Source: Eledone cirrhosa (taxonomy: Eukaryota). Taken from it: a DNA stretch of 64,000 bases. The position numbers and the translations under genes are program-made. The stretch is taken from positions 4,774,001 to 4,838,000 of the forward strand of contig OZ024760.1 in NCBI GenBank assembly GCA_964016885.1, in the 5' to 3' direction. Shown piece by piece: positions 1 to 10,848 of the stretch (within the stretch, counting starts at the first letter, position 1; the number at the start of each line of letters is the position of its first letter). The notes below the pieces were generated by a model. It was not told where the DNA came from and did no database searches. It was given only the letters and a program-made list of their open reading frames with translations.

Positions 1-762
1 TGGGTACACAAGAGATGTAGCGGGATAGCAGGCAAACTAACAGGTAGGGAGAAATATGTATGCAGTAGATGTACAGGGAAATTAGACAGTAGAAGTCACA
101 TTGATAGACACATTTTTCAAATGCAGGAGGGCGCTATAGAAGTGGTGGATAGCTTCCGGTACCTAGGAGATCAGATTAGCATGGGAGGAGGGTGTTCCGA
201 GGCCATAGTATCTAGAATAAGGACGGGTTGGAAGAAGTTTAGGGAGCTGCTTCCTCTGTTGACGAAGAAGGGTTTCTCCCTGCGTACGAAAGGCTGGTTG
301 TATGATGCCTGTGTGAGGAGCGCGATGCTGCATAGTAGTGAGACATGGGCAGCAACTGCAGAGGATATGCGACGGCTGGAGAGAAATGAGGCAAGCATGC
401 TCCGTTGGATGTGCAGTGTAAATGTGCGTGAACGACCCAGCATAAATGTGTTGAGAGAGAAACATTGTCTGAGAGGGATAGAATGTAGTGTACGGGAGAG
501 GAGACTGAGGTGGTATGGACATGTGATGTGCATGGAGGATGACCGATGGGTGAAGAAGTGCCAGGAAATGCCAGTTGAAGGAAGACGTGGTAGAGGTAGA
601 CCACGAAAAACATGGGCAGAGGTGGTGAGAACAGACCTCAGATCATTGAAGCTCACGGTGGAGATGATGAAGACCGTGACGGGTGGAGAGATGTTGTGCT
701 GAATAAGACCCGTCCCACCCTTGCAAGCAGGGAAAAGCGGACGTAAAATGATGATGATGATG
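1..762 (+). mobile_element. RTE-clade LINE, 3' part of ORF2 with (ATG)n tail
   Basis: ORF 121-702 has FRYLG, SAMLHSSETW, RRLRWYGHV and RGRGRPRKTW, typical of the RTE C-terminus. Ends in ggacgtaaaatgatgatg. Confidence 0.9.
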
Positions 763-764
763 AT

Positions 765-1110
765 ATAGGCACCTCTAACAAAAATACACCCCGGCCCCAC
801 TACCCCCACCCCATCCACACCACCCCTTCCAATGTAAAGTTATGTTGGTACCACAACATCCAGGCCGAAACAAATGAGGGCGTGTAGGTGTCACGACAAA
901 AGAAACAGTCCACGCTGTAATGTGGCCGTGTAGGTAACACGATAAAAACCTCCCAGTCCACACTGTAAATGTGGTTGGTTCCAGCCGTAGAAAACCTGCC
1001 AGATAGTCCTATACGATCAAGACAACCAATCTTGCCTCAAGTGGGAAAATTCCCGTCCAAACCCATGCTAGTGTGGAAGATGGACGTTAAACGATGATGA
1101 TGATGATGAT
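765..1110 (+). mobile_element. RTE-related 3' UTR or non-autonomous element with (ATG)n tail
   Basis: Close copies at about 25982-26338 (+) and 39618-39888 (-). Confidence 0.7.
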
Positions 1111-1130
1111 ATATATATACACACACATAG

Positions 1131-1477
1131 AGGCACATGGCTTAGTGGTTAGAGCATTGGCCTGGCAATCGAAAGGTTGTGAGTTCAATTCTCAGACCGG
1201 GTGATGTGTTGTTTCCTTGAGCAAGACACTTTATTTCACATTGCTCCAGTTTACTCAGCTGTAGAAATGAGATGATAGGGACTGGGGTCCATATCATTCC
1301 ACTGCAAAGTGGTCGTGGAGGTGCCATGGCAAAAAAGCACCCAGCACTCACTGTAAAATGAGGTTGGTGTTAGGAAGGGCATCCAGCTGTAGAAATCAAG
1401 CCAGAATCAGTTCCCGTCCCACCCTTGCAAGCAGGGAAAAAGCGGACTTAAAACGAAATGATGATGATGATGATGAT
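1131..1477 (+). mobile_element. tRNA-derived SINE with RTE-type tail
   Basis: A box TGGCTTAGTGG, B box GAGTTCAATTC, central CCTTGAGCAAGACACTTT domain. Tail matches the LINE end at 714-762. Near-identical copy at 8287-8630. Confidence 0.88.
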
Positions 1478-1659
1478 ACATTATCGTTATCATCATTATC
1501 ATTTAACGTCCATTTTTCCACACTTGCATGGGTTAGACGATGTTATCACGTTATGAGACAAGTCAGGGGGTCTGGAGGCCAACGTTCTCATAAGGATCTG
1601 TATTTTGGCTAGGTTACTATGTCTGGATGCCTTTCCTAACACCAACCATGTTACTATGT

Positions 1660-2710
1660 TCAGTGTGGACTGGGTGATTTTTATTTTCGCACTAAGATGA
1701 CCATCTAACAAGGTGGACTGGGTGCTTTTTGTCATGTCAACAGCATGACCACCTTACAGAGTGGATTGGGTGCTTTTTGTCGTGTCAACAGCATGACCAC
1801 CTTACAGAGTGGACTGGGTGCCTTTTGTCGTGTCAACAGCACGACCACCTTACAGAGTGGACTGGGTGCCTTTTGTCGTGTCAACAGCACGACCACCTTA
1901 CAGAGTGGACTGCATGCTTTTTGTCGTGTCAACAGCACGACCACCTTACAGAGTGGACTGGGTGCTTTTGTCGTGTCAATAGCACGACCACCTTACAGAG
2001 TGGACTGCATGCTTTTTGTCGTGTCAACAGCACGACCACCTTACAGAGTGGACTGGGTGCTTTTGTCGTGTCAATAGCACGACCACCTTACAGAGTGGAC
2101 TGCATGCTTTTTGTCATGTCAACAGCATGACCACCTTACAGAGTGGACTGGGTGCCTTTTGTCGTGTCAATAGCACGACCACCTTACAGAGTGGACTGCA
2201 TGCTTTTTGTCATGTCAACAGCATGACCACCTTACAGAGTGGACTGGGTGCCTTTTGTCGTGTCAACAGCATGACCACCTTACAGAGTGGACTGGGTGCT
2301 TTTTGTTGTGTCATCATCACAACCAACTTACAGAGTGGACTGGGTGCCTTTTGTCGTATCAACAGCACGACCACCTTACAGAGTGGACTGGGTGCTTTTT
2401 GTTGTCATCATCACAACCAACTTACAGAGTGGACTGGGTGCTTTTGTCGTGTCAACAGCACGACCACCTTACAGAGTGGACTGGGTGCTTTTTGTTGTGT
2501 CATCATCACAACCAACTTACAGAGTGGACTGGGTGCCTTTTGTCGTATCAACAGCACGACCACCTTACAGAGTGGACTGGGTGCTTTTTGTTGTGTCATC
2601 ATCACAACCAACTTACAGAGTGGACTGGGTGCTTTTTGTTGTGTCATCATCACAACCAACTTACAAGGTGAACTGGACACTTTTTGTTGTCATCAGTATG
2701 ATCACCTTAC
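1660..2710. repeat. Minisatellite, 41-42 bp unit, expanded inside a reverse-oriented retroelement tail
   Basis: Unit cttacagagtggactgggtgctttttgtcgtgtcaacagcacgaccac repeated more than 20 times. Related arrays at 11520-11910 and 22200-22810. Confidence 0.92.
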
Positions 2711-3016
2711 ATGCATATGTGTACATACATTTAAACATACATACATGTAAACATACATACATGTATCCATGCATTTGTACATGCATGCTTGCATGTTTAC
2801 ATACACATACATAAGAGGCGACTAAAAGTCTTGGTACCAGATTGAGTATCCAGCCATGAAGTATTGCCTCAAATTGGACTAGATGATAAATATTTGTTTA
2901 AAAATCTGCTATTTTACTACTGTTTGTTTATCTGTGACCTCTCTCATTCCACATTACATCAATAATGTCTATGTTGACCTTCAGAACTTGAACTTTATGA
3001 TTCTTTACTCTAACAG

Positions 3017-3107
3017 GATCCCTACATACATCGACCCCTGCCTTTCCTAATTGGTACCACCGATTTCATGCGAGATGACAATGTTGGACTTATAGAGATT
3101 TTCTCAG
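3017..3107 (+). CDS. WASHC2: WASH complex subunit 2 (FAM21) internal exon A: DPYIHRPLPFLIGTTDFMRDDNVGLIEIFS
   Basis: Acceptor ttctttactctaacag, donor gtaatt. The peptide resembles the conserved FAM21 N-terminal motif (DxYxxRPLPxLIG...DVGL). Ends in phase 1. Confidence 0.9.
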
Positions 3108-3227
3108 GTAATTAATTATCAAATATTTTATCATCATTTAACCCTTTATAACATGTCCTCTACTGCATGAAAGCACATTAACAAAACATTCTTGAAAAGT
3201 ACAAAGCAGTACCATGATCGCATCACA

Positions 3228-3643
3228 TTAACCTCTTCAGTGCCGTAGACGAGATAACTTGTCCTAACATGTATGTATTCCAGTGCCACGGACGAGATAA
3301 TTTGTCCTAACATGTGTGAACGTCTTTCCAACAGCTCATAACTTCAAAGTTATGAACTCCTTTCCAACAGTTCATAACTTCAAAGTTATGAACTCCTTTC
3401 CAACAGCTCATAACTTCAAAGTTATGAACTCATTTCCAACAGTTCATAACTTCGAAGTTTTGAACTCATTTCCAAAAGTTCATAACTTCAAAGCTAGATG
3501 GGGTTACTAGTTTATTGATGTGACGTTTGTCAATCATCCAGATATGTGTTGTTAATAAATGTTTGTTTAAAAAAAGTCATTTTATTGGGAAAAATCCTGG
3601 CAACTGTAACTGTGTCAAATGTATGCGGCAGTCAACAGGTTAA
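3228..3643. mobile_element. piggyBac-like MITE family B (TTAA-flanked)
   Basis: TTAA|CCTCTT...AACAGG|TTAA, with internal 30-bp tandem palindromic units (ttcataacttcaaagttatgaa). Reverse copies at 58621-58886 and, partial, 18208-18415. Confidence 0.75.
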
Positions 3644-3679
3644 AACTCTTTAAAATGTTTACTTTGGGAGGAGGAGGAG

Positions 3680-3940
3680 GATAGGAATCCGAATTGACAA
3701 GATTCTAGATCTCATTCACTTAATGAATGAGGTGCAGCTCATCAGATTGGACCAAGGAAACAACGTTTCCATCGGTCTTTCCAATTGTTGATACTATTTA
3801 CTGATTGCAACTCTTGGCAGAAGGAGCAACATGAAATAAAGCATCTTGTTCAAGAATACAGTGCATCACTCAACTTAGGAATTGAACTCACAACCTCAAT
3901 ATTGTAAATCCAACTCTCTAACCACTAACCCATGTGCCCT
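3680..3940 (-). mobile_element. tRNA-derived SINE
   Basis: Reverse A/B boxes. Shares its 3' region with the + copy at about 47003-47240. Confidence 0.7.
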
Positions 3941-4028
3941 TACTTTAATATTGCAAATTTTCACAATGTAAATAGTAAAAATACATTTGAATTGATGAAC
4001 CTATTTTTAAATAGTTTCTGTTGAATCA

Positions 4029-4257
4029 TTAACCCTTTAGCATTTACATTACTCTATACATACTATTGTATTTTTGTGCTAAATGCTTTATCTTACATAA
4101 TTATCTCACATAATATTGAATCTATGAGATTCTGATATTATTTATTTTGAGAACAATACCTTAATATCTGTATGTGTAGCTGGTTATAGCCAGTTTGAAC
4201 AGAAAGAGATGAGAGAATTCTAGCCGGATACGGCCAGTTTAAATGCTAAAGGGTTAA
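4029..4257. mobile_element. piggyBac-like MITE family A (TTAA-flanked)
   Basis: TTAA|CCCTTTAGCATTTA...TAAATGCTAAAGGG|TTAA. Other copies near 12460, 33565-33894, 40622, 46095-46323, 46737, 50135-50534 and 56810-56978. Confidence 0.85.
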
Positions 4258-4907
4258 AGGGTGCTGAGAGTTAACATCCTGTACCACACGAAACCATATT
4301 AGCAAGACATTCCTGAATAGTACAAAATGGCCACTATGATTGTATCACATTAAAAATTAAAGTCTTTAATTTAGTTAACAGTCCACGACTGCATTGATGG
4401 TGCTAATGAAACTTGTTAAAAAAATTTAACACAGCCTCAGATGTTGCATGATACACCTAAAACTGAAGGTGAAAAATTAGTCAGGATATGAACTTTGCAG
4501 CAAGCTCCATCAATATCTGGGTTGTTTAGGGCCTGAGCAATGATTGGTCAGTGGGAAAAATTCAAAAGTACCCTCGATGCTGTCATGGACTGTTAATTTA
4601 CTGCACATGTTCTCAACAATCTATCTATACTAGTGCACAACTAGATAATTGTGAAAATCTACAGTAATCTAAAGACTTTAAAGATACTATAAACATTTGA
4701 ATTAACTATCACTCTCTCTCTCTCTCATTTTCTTGTCTTCTCTCTTTAATTTTCTTGCTCTTTCTTTCTCTCTGTCATTCTAATGTCTCCTCCCGCCCCC
4801 CACATTCCCTCTCTCTTTCATTCTATTACTCTTTCTCCCTCATTGTAATGCCCTTTCTCCCACACTCTCTCATTCACTCTCTCTCTATATATATTTCTCC
4901 CTCCCAG

Positions 4908-4993
4908 AAGAAGACGATGGTGAAACTGACCATGGTAGTCTGAGTGATGACTCTGAACCTGAAAAAGGGAAACTGGACCAGAATGAATCTGAG
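4908..4993 (+). CDS. WASHC2: WASHC2 exon B: EEDDGETDHGSLSDDSEPEKGKLDQNESE
   Basis: Acceptor ctccctcccag, donor gtaagc. Phase 1 to 0, compatible with exon A. Acidic. Confidence 0.85.
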
Positions 4994-5138
4994 GTAAGCT
5001 AGTGGTGAAGTAAATAAACATTCTGTATACACATACACACGCACATACATACGTACATACACACGCACATACATACGTACATACGTACATACATACATAA
5101 TGGTTGCCAACTCGTGTTCGAGCATTATGATAAAATGT

Positions 5139-5447
5139 TCAAAAATGTGTGGCATGAATGTGACTCTTTAAACCAGCCAAAGACTTGCACCCTCTGACAC
5201 ATATATGGCAACTGTAGGCTCCTCCAGGACTTTCCATTGCTTTGTTCTGGCTGTGTGTTCTCATGTGTCTTTTGAGACCTCCCATGCTAGCACGCTCCTT
5301 ACACCTTTTCAGATCATAATCTACATGAGGTCTACTGATATGACTTTGCTCGTGTCTAGTGAAACCAGCTTTACTCAGGCAGACTCGACCACAGTGCTCG
5401 CAAACCAGATGATGTTCAACAGCAGGCAGTTTAGAACAATCTCCTTT
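5139..5447 (-). pseudogene. Multi-C2H2 zinc-finger fragment, probably the C-terminus of an RTE-like LINE ORF2
   Basis: Open frame CEHCGRVCLSKAGFTRHEQSH...GGLKRHMRTH...CHICVRGCKSLAGLKSHIHATHF*. Flanked by (TACA)n. No splice signals seen. Confidence 0.65.
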
Positions 5448-5461
5448 CTATACATACATAC

Positions 5462-5795
5462 ATGAGGATGATGATTGCGGCGTCTTCACAGACTGCCGTC
5501 TCTTATTGATTCTTCATTGTCATCCTATCCACATCCATGACTTCGTAGATGACTTTATAGACCAGCTGTAGATGGTTTATAGACCAGCTGCATGGTTTAC
5601 GATGCAGGTGAGAGAAAAGAGTTGTGCTTTCCACAGGACCGGTGGTGTCACTCTGTGGGACACAATCTTTATGCACCACCATTTGTTCGGAACTAGTTCT
5701 ACACACTTTGTGGCAGAAGAGAGTTATACTTTCCACAGGACCGGTGTGGTCACCCTGTGGGACACAAGCTTTATGCATCACCATGTGTTTTTTTA
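5462..5795 (-). mobile_element. Degenerate zinc-finger-type LINE 3' end with internal duplication of about 100 bp
   Basis: KKHMVMH...CHKVCR...QMVVH. Duplicated ttccacaggaccgg...gggacaca unit. Ends in a (CAT)n tail. Confidence 0.5.
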
Positions 5796-6008
5796 CATAC
5801 ATTCATACATGCCACTACACTAGACCGCTCCACACACACTGCTTCACTCCATATACACACACATAGCTCACTCCATACACACTAACCCACCCCCTCACAC
5901 ACACACACACAAACACTAACCTATCCCCTCTCTCACACACATACACAGCACACCCTGTACACACACATGCAAGGCCCCAACTGTAATCTCTGTTTGTCTA
6001 TTTGTCAG

Positions 6009-6080
6009 TATACTGATGAAGAGGATTATGATGATTCTGCACCCCCTTCTATCAAGAGGAAGAGTACCATAGCAACAGAG
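6009..6080 (+). CDS. WASHC2: WASHC2 exon C: YTDEEDYDDSAPPSIKRKSTIATE
   Basis: Acceptor tctatttgtcag, donor gtatgt. 72 nt, phase 0 to 0. Confidence 0.8.
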
Positions 6081-6126
6081 GTATGTTGTTCTCTTTCATA
6101 GGTAAAGATGCCCCCTTCGGTCATGA

Positions 6127-6430
6127 CCTGTTTATTAATTAGAAGACCAATCTGTGTATAATCACCTGTTTATTAATTGAAAGACCAATCTGTATATAGT
6201 GACTGGTTTATTAATTAATTGAACGACCAATCTGTATATAGTGACTGGTTTATTAATTAATTGGAAGACCAATCTGTATATAATGACTGGTTTATTAATT
6301 AATTGAATGACCAATCTGTATATGAGGACCTGTTTATTAATTAATTGGAAGACCAATCTGTATATAACCACCTGTTAATTAATTAATTGGAAGACAAAAC
6401 TATATGTAATGTTCTGTTTATTAATTAGAA
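6127..6430. repeat. AT-rich minisatellite, about 42-bp unit
   Basis: Repeated ctgtttattaattaattggaagaccaatctgtatata. Confidence 0.85.
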
Positions 6431-6615
6431 GAGCTATCTCTATATAATGATATATCTTTTAATTAGAATTATCTATTAATGCTAGAGTGGAAGATGGATG
6501 TTAAATGATAAAGGGCCATCTCTATATAATGATATATTTATTAATTAATTGGAAAACCAATCAGTATATAATGACTTATCTATTAATTAATTAATTAATT
6601 CCATACTTTGTCCAG

Positions 6616-6795
6616 TCTACATATGATTCTGAAGATAGTGATGGTGATCTGTTTGGAACAAAGGATTCCCAAAGTAGTTCTGATGATAACTCTGGCTTTG
6701 GTAAGAAGGAGAAACCTAAAGTTGATGACCCATTTACTGATGAAGAAGAAGAGAAGGAAGAGGAGGAAAATGAAGACAAAGGCAGTACACCAGAG
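6616..6795 (+). CDS. WASHC2: WASHC2 exon D: STYDSEDSDGDLFGTKDSQ...DPFTDEEEEKEEEENEDKGSTPE
   Basis: Acceptor actttgtccag, donor gtaatt. 180 nt, phase 0. Contains an acidic DLF motif. Confidence 0.88.
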
Positions 6796-6999
6796 GTAAT
6801 TGATTTCTTTCCATTATCAAACAGGGTAGAGATAAGGAGTATGGCTAGGCTTAGCTTCTTTTGTCTTCAGTGCTTTCAGACTGATGGGTGTCCTCCCTCT
6901 CAAGCCTTTTTGACATGGTTTCTACGATTAGAAGCCCTTCCTAACTCCAAAATCTTTACAGTGAGTACTGGGTGTGTTTTATCATAGCAGCAGCACTAG

Positions 7000-7605
7000 G
7001 GAGGAGGTGTGTGGCTTAGTGGTAAGGGTGTTGGACTTAGGATCATAATATATAGTGAAGGCGCATGACTTTCGGGTTAGGGTATTCAGCTCACAATCGT
7101 AAGGTTGTGGGTTGGATTCCCGGCGGTGTGTTGTTTCCTTGAGCGAGACACTTTATTTCACGTTGCTCCAGTTCACTCAGCTGGCAAAACTGAGTTATAC
7201 TTGTAATTCGAAGGGCCAGCCTTGTCACGCTGTGTGTCATACTAAATCTCTCTAAGAACTATGTTAAGGGTACTTGTGTCTGTAGAATGCTCAGCCACTT
7301 GCATGTTAATTTGACAAGCAGGCTGTTCCGTGAATCAGATCAAGTGCCAGTCAGTCATTCGTCATAATGTTGTGGGTTTGATTCCTGGACTGGGTTGTGT
7401 GTTCTTGAGCAAAACACTTCATTTCACATTGCTCCAGTATACTCAGCTAAAAATGAGTACCAGCAAAAACTGGGGGTTTAACCCTGCAATGGACTGGCGT
7501 CCTGCTCAGTGAGGGTCTTGTACTCTCAGTTACTTAACACCACAGAAACCAGGATAAGCACTGGCGTGATGAGCTTCTAGGTTCAAGACAGACTTTAGAC
7601 TTTTT
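7000..7605 (+). mobile_element. Cluster of nested tRNA-derived SINEs
   Basis: Several A/B-box heads. Tails shared with 33990-34150, 32440-32730 and 59974-60243. Confidence 0.7.
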
Positions 7606-7809
7606 AGCACTAGGGAGGTAGTTAGCCATTGACATGACTGTAGTGGCCCCCTTTTAATCTATGGGGGATTGGGGTAGGATTTAAAAAGGTATGAAGGATA
7701 ATAAGTATGATGTATAAAAAATAGATAAAACCTAAGTTTGGATAATAAGTATGATGTATAAAAATAGATAAAACCTAAGTTTGGAGTTTTTTTTTTCTCT
7801 TTATTCTAG

Positions 7810-7876
7810 AAGCCATTTAATAAAAATAGTCTCCAGGCTGAACTAGCTGCCAGACTAGGCATTCCAGAAAGAAAAG
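7810..7876 (+). CDS. WASHC2: WASHC2 exon E: KPFNKNSLQAELAARLGIPERK
   Basis: Long pyrimidine tract plus ctag acceptor, donor gttagc. ELAARL resembles the FAM21 ELAARI motif. Phase 0 to 1. Confidence 0.88.
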
Positions 7877-7952
7877 GTTAGCCATTTTACTATTCTGCTT
7901 TCCATCTTATGTGGTATTTGTTCCAGCACTTAACATTTTGAGTTCAAATCCT

Positions 7953-8006
<54 letters not shown>

Positions 8007-8095
8007 TTATCCCGGGTTTAATACATAGCAGAGTATAAATATTTAATATAGAAATGGCTTCTACAGGAAACAGTTCTAGTCCTGTAGAAGCCATT

Positions 8096-8130
<35 letters not shown>

Positions 8131-8286
8131 ATATAGAGAGGAAAAACACAGGAAAGTGTGTTTTCATTTACAGGATTTATAAGCACCAGCGTGAAGAGAA
8201 TATAAGCTAAGAGCGGTGTAGGAAATAAATTGACTGGTATAGGCTGCCATTTCTAGCGGCTTGTTCTATTCATATCACCAATTATG

Positions 8287-8630
8287 GAGGCACATGGCTT
8301 AGTGGTTAGAGCATTGGCCTTGCAATCGAAAGGTTGTGAGTTCAATTCTCAGACCGGGTGATGTGTTGTTTCCTTGAGCAAGACACTTTATTTCACATTG
8401 CTCCAGTTTACTCAGCTGTAGAAATGAGATGATAGGGACTGGGTTCCCTATCATTCCACTGCAAAGTGGTCGTGGAGGTGCCACGTCAAAAAAGCACCCA
8501 GCACTCACTGTAAATGAGGTTGGTGTTAGGAAGGGCATCCAGCTGTAGAAATCAAGCCAGAATCAGTACTCATCCCACCTTTGCAAGCAGGAAAAAGTGG
8601 ACGTAAAATGAAATGATGATGAATGATGAA
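8287..8630 (+). mobile_element. tRNA-derived SINE (same family as 1131-1477)
   Basis: Near-identical sequence to 1131-1477. Confidence 0.88.
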
Positions 8631-9047
8631 TCACTGCCTCACGCATGTATTTTCCTTCTGTTTACACGTGCTACAGGTCAGTTACTTTAGGTCTCTCTAG
8701 TAGTGCGGACAATATCGGCTTAAGCACACGCTGATGGTCCACTAAGCCAAATTGGAACCCACTAACTTACTTATGGTGTAACAATATCCTAGTGAGTCTG
8801 TACATCTGTGATTTAATTATGAGGTTGGTTTTTCATTTTAATTTATCCTTTTAATTATAATGTATTTCCTACACTTCTCTTAGCTTATATTCTCTTCACG
8901 CTGGTGGTTATAAATCCTTAAATGAAAACACACTCTCCTGTGTTTTTCCTCCCTATATTGTATTTTGATGAGCCCAGGAAAGCTTTTTCCTTTGAGCTCA
9001 TTTAATTACAGTATTATATGTGAGTCCTTTACTCCGTTATTTTACTT

Positions 9048-9087
<40 letters not shown>

Positions 9088-9093
<6 letters not shown>

Positions 9094-9274
9094 AATTTCG
9101 TTGTAACGAAATTCACGGAGTATAAAAAAAGATTTGTTGTAATGAAAATTTCTTTATAACAAACTTGACAGAAACAAATTGTGCATTTGTTTGTTATTAC
9201 CTTGGGGATTGAAAGAATTTTGTTATACTGAAAAATTCGTTATAATGGTATTCATTATAACAGAATTTTACCTG

Positions 9275-9277
<3 letters not shown>
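9088..9277. mobile_element. Tc1/pogo-like MITE
   Basis: Imperfect terminal inverted repeats (agtgaaatttcgttgtaac / ttataacagaattttacctg) inside (TA)n. Confidence 0.55.
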
Positions 9278-9316
<39 letters not shown>

Positions 9317-9374
9317 TGTATGTGTGTGTATATGTATATGTATAAACATACCTTTTGTCTTGTTTATCTTATAG

Positions 9375-9452
9375 ATTCAACTGCAAGTAATGTACAAAAG
9401 AAGCAGAAGAAAACAAAATCTCAGAAGGACACTGCTAAAGAAACTACACCAA
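9375..9452 (+). CDS. WASHC2: WASHC2 exon F: DSTASNVQKKQKKTKSQKDTAKETTP
   Basis: Acceptor tttatcttatag, donor gtatga. Phase 1 to 1, open frame. Confidence 0.75.
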
Positions 9453-9694
9453 GTATGATAGCATTGTTGTTATTATTGTTGTTTCTGTAAAGGCACGTGG
9501 TCAAGTGGTTAGTGTGTTGGGCTCATGTTAGTAGGGTCATGAGTTGGATTCCTAGATCAGATGGCACTTTGTGTCTTTGAGCCAAACACTTTATTTCACA
9601 TTGTTTCAGTCCACCTAGAGGGAAAAAAATAAGTTGCAACGACACTGGTGTCAAGATATATCAGACTTTTAACATTATATATAGTGTATGTAGT

Positions 9695-9733
<39 letters not shown>

Positions 9734-9739
9734 GTAGAC

Positions 9740-9817
9740 GCTGTCTGAAGAGAGCATGGCAGTGGATTCTATGCCGAATTGCGTAGTCAATGTTGTCCTC
9801 GAAATGTGTATCACAGC
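9740..9817 (+). ncRNA. Type I hammerhead ribozyme motif (intronic, sense to WASHC2)
   Basis: Helix I GCTGT/ACAGC; core CTGAAGA 9745-9751; helix II GAGCATGGCA/TGTTGTCCTC with G-C first pair; GAAA 9801-9804; minimal helix III; cleavage triplet ATC 9810-9812; AATAAA at 9824. Confidence 0.8.
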
Positions 9818-10753
9818 CTAATCAATAAAGGACTTTAACATCTAAACTTCTATCTATATCTATAGTAGTGTAGTTAATACAAATCATTGTGAGATATATA
9901 ATAAAAGACCGATAATTTTCAAAAAGCCGGTACAATCTATTCATGCCCTCACCCGGGCTTTTTAATTTTAGGATGGTTAGAATTTTTGAATTTAATATCT
10001 GTATGTATAACTTTTCAATTCCAATTACTTGCACCAAGCTAACTTTGATATGTAAAATTGGGGGGGTTTGCTGTCTATTCTAATTTTTTTGTGTATGGGG
10101 GCCTCCCCAAACCTGAAGTACCCTGGGGCCCTCCCAAGGTCTAAATCCAATTCTGACATCAACCAGCCAGACATTCTTGAAAAGTACAAATTAGTACTAT
10201 GACAACATCACATTAACTATTTCATTACCATATTTCAAATGAAACATAGCTGTTGATGTGTTTCAATTAATTTTTAAAATAACCAAAAGTTTAGATGAAT
10301 TTAATAAAATAAATAAGTTTTTCATTAGTAACATTTTACGGGCAAAACCAACTGGCAAGAGATCCAGGAGTAGACCCCGAGCAAGATGGTTGGATAACAT
10401 CCATGAGCTTGGGGATCCAGCCTGACCAGTTGGAGATGGTTGCTTCTGACAGGACCCACTGGAGGGAGCGTTTGAGTACTCTGCCCCCACGACCCCCTCA
10501 GAAATAAGTGGGCGAAGAAGATTAGTAAGCTGATATTTAAAACAATACTTAACAAAAATTTCTAAAATAAAATGGAAAGTTTTAACATAAGGATAAACAT
10601 TTAAAAATGAACAACTTTAAATCATAAATTGAAGGCAGTTTCTGGCAGTTTGGTACTACAAGGGTTAAATGTTCTTTCTCTCTGTGTGTACTGAGATAGA
10701 TTGGAACGAGGTGAATGTTTTTTATTTGTTTATTTATTCATTTTTTCTTGTAG

Positions 10754-10848
10754 CTGCGGACAGTTTTGGTAGTTTTCCAGAAGAGGAAGATAATCCAGCC
10801 TTTGGTGTATTTCCAACTAAAAAAGGACTCTTTTCTGATGAAGAAGAG
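10754..10848 (+). CDS. WASHC2: WASHC2 exon G: TADSFGSFPEEEDNPAFGVFPTKKGLFSDEEE
   Basis: Acceptor ttttcttgtag, donor gtaaga. LFa-type motif GLFSDEEE. Phase 1 to 0. Confidence 0.88.

Noticed and set aside
1131-1200. tRNA gene
   Set aside because: A and B boxes are present, but the sequence continues into a SINE body and LINE-derived tail, so it is a SINE head.
1729-2814. Overlapping Cys/His-rich repetitive ORFs (CQQHDHLTEWTG)
   Set aside because: Translations of a 41-42 bp retroelement-derived minisatellite. The frame shifts between units.
3730-3750. CTGATGAG on the minus strand within a SINE
   Set aside because: No correctly placed GAAA or helices for a hammerhead fold.
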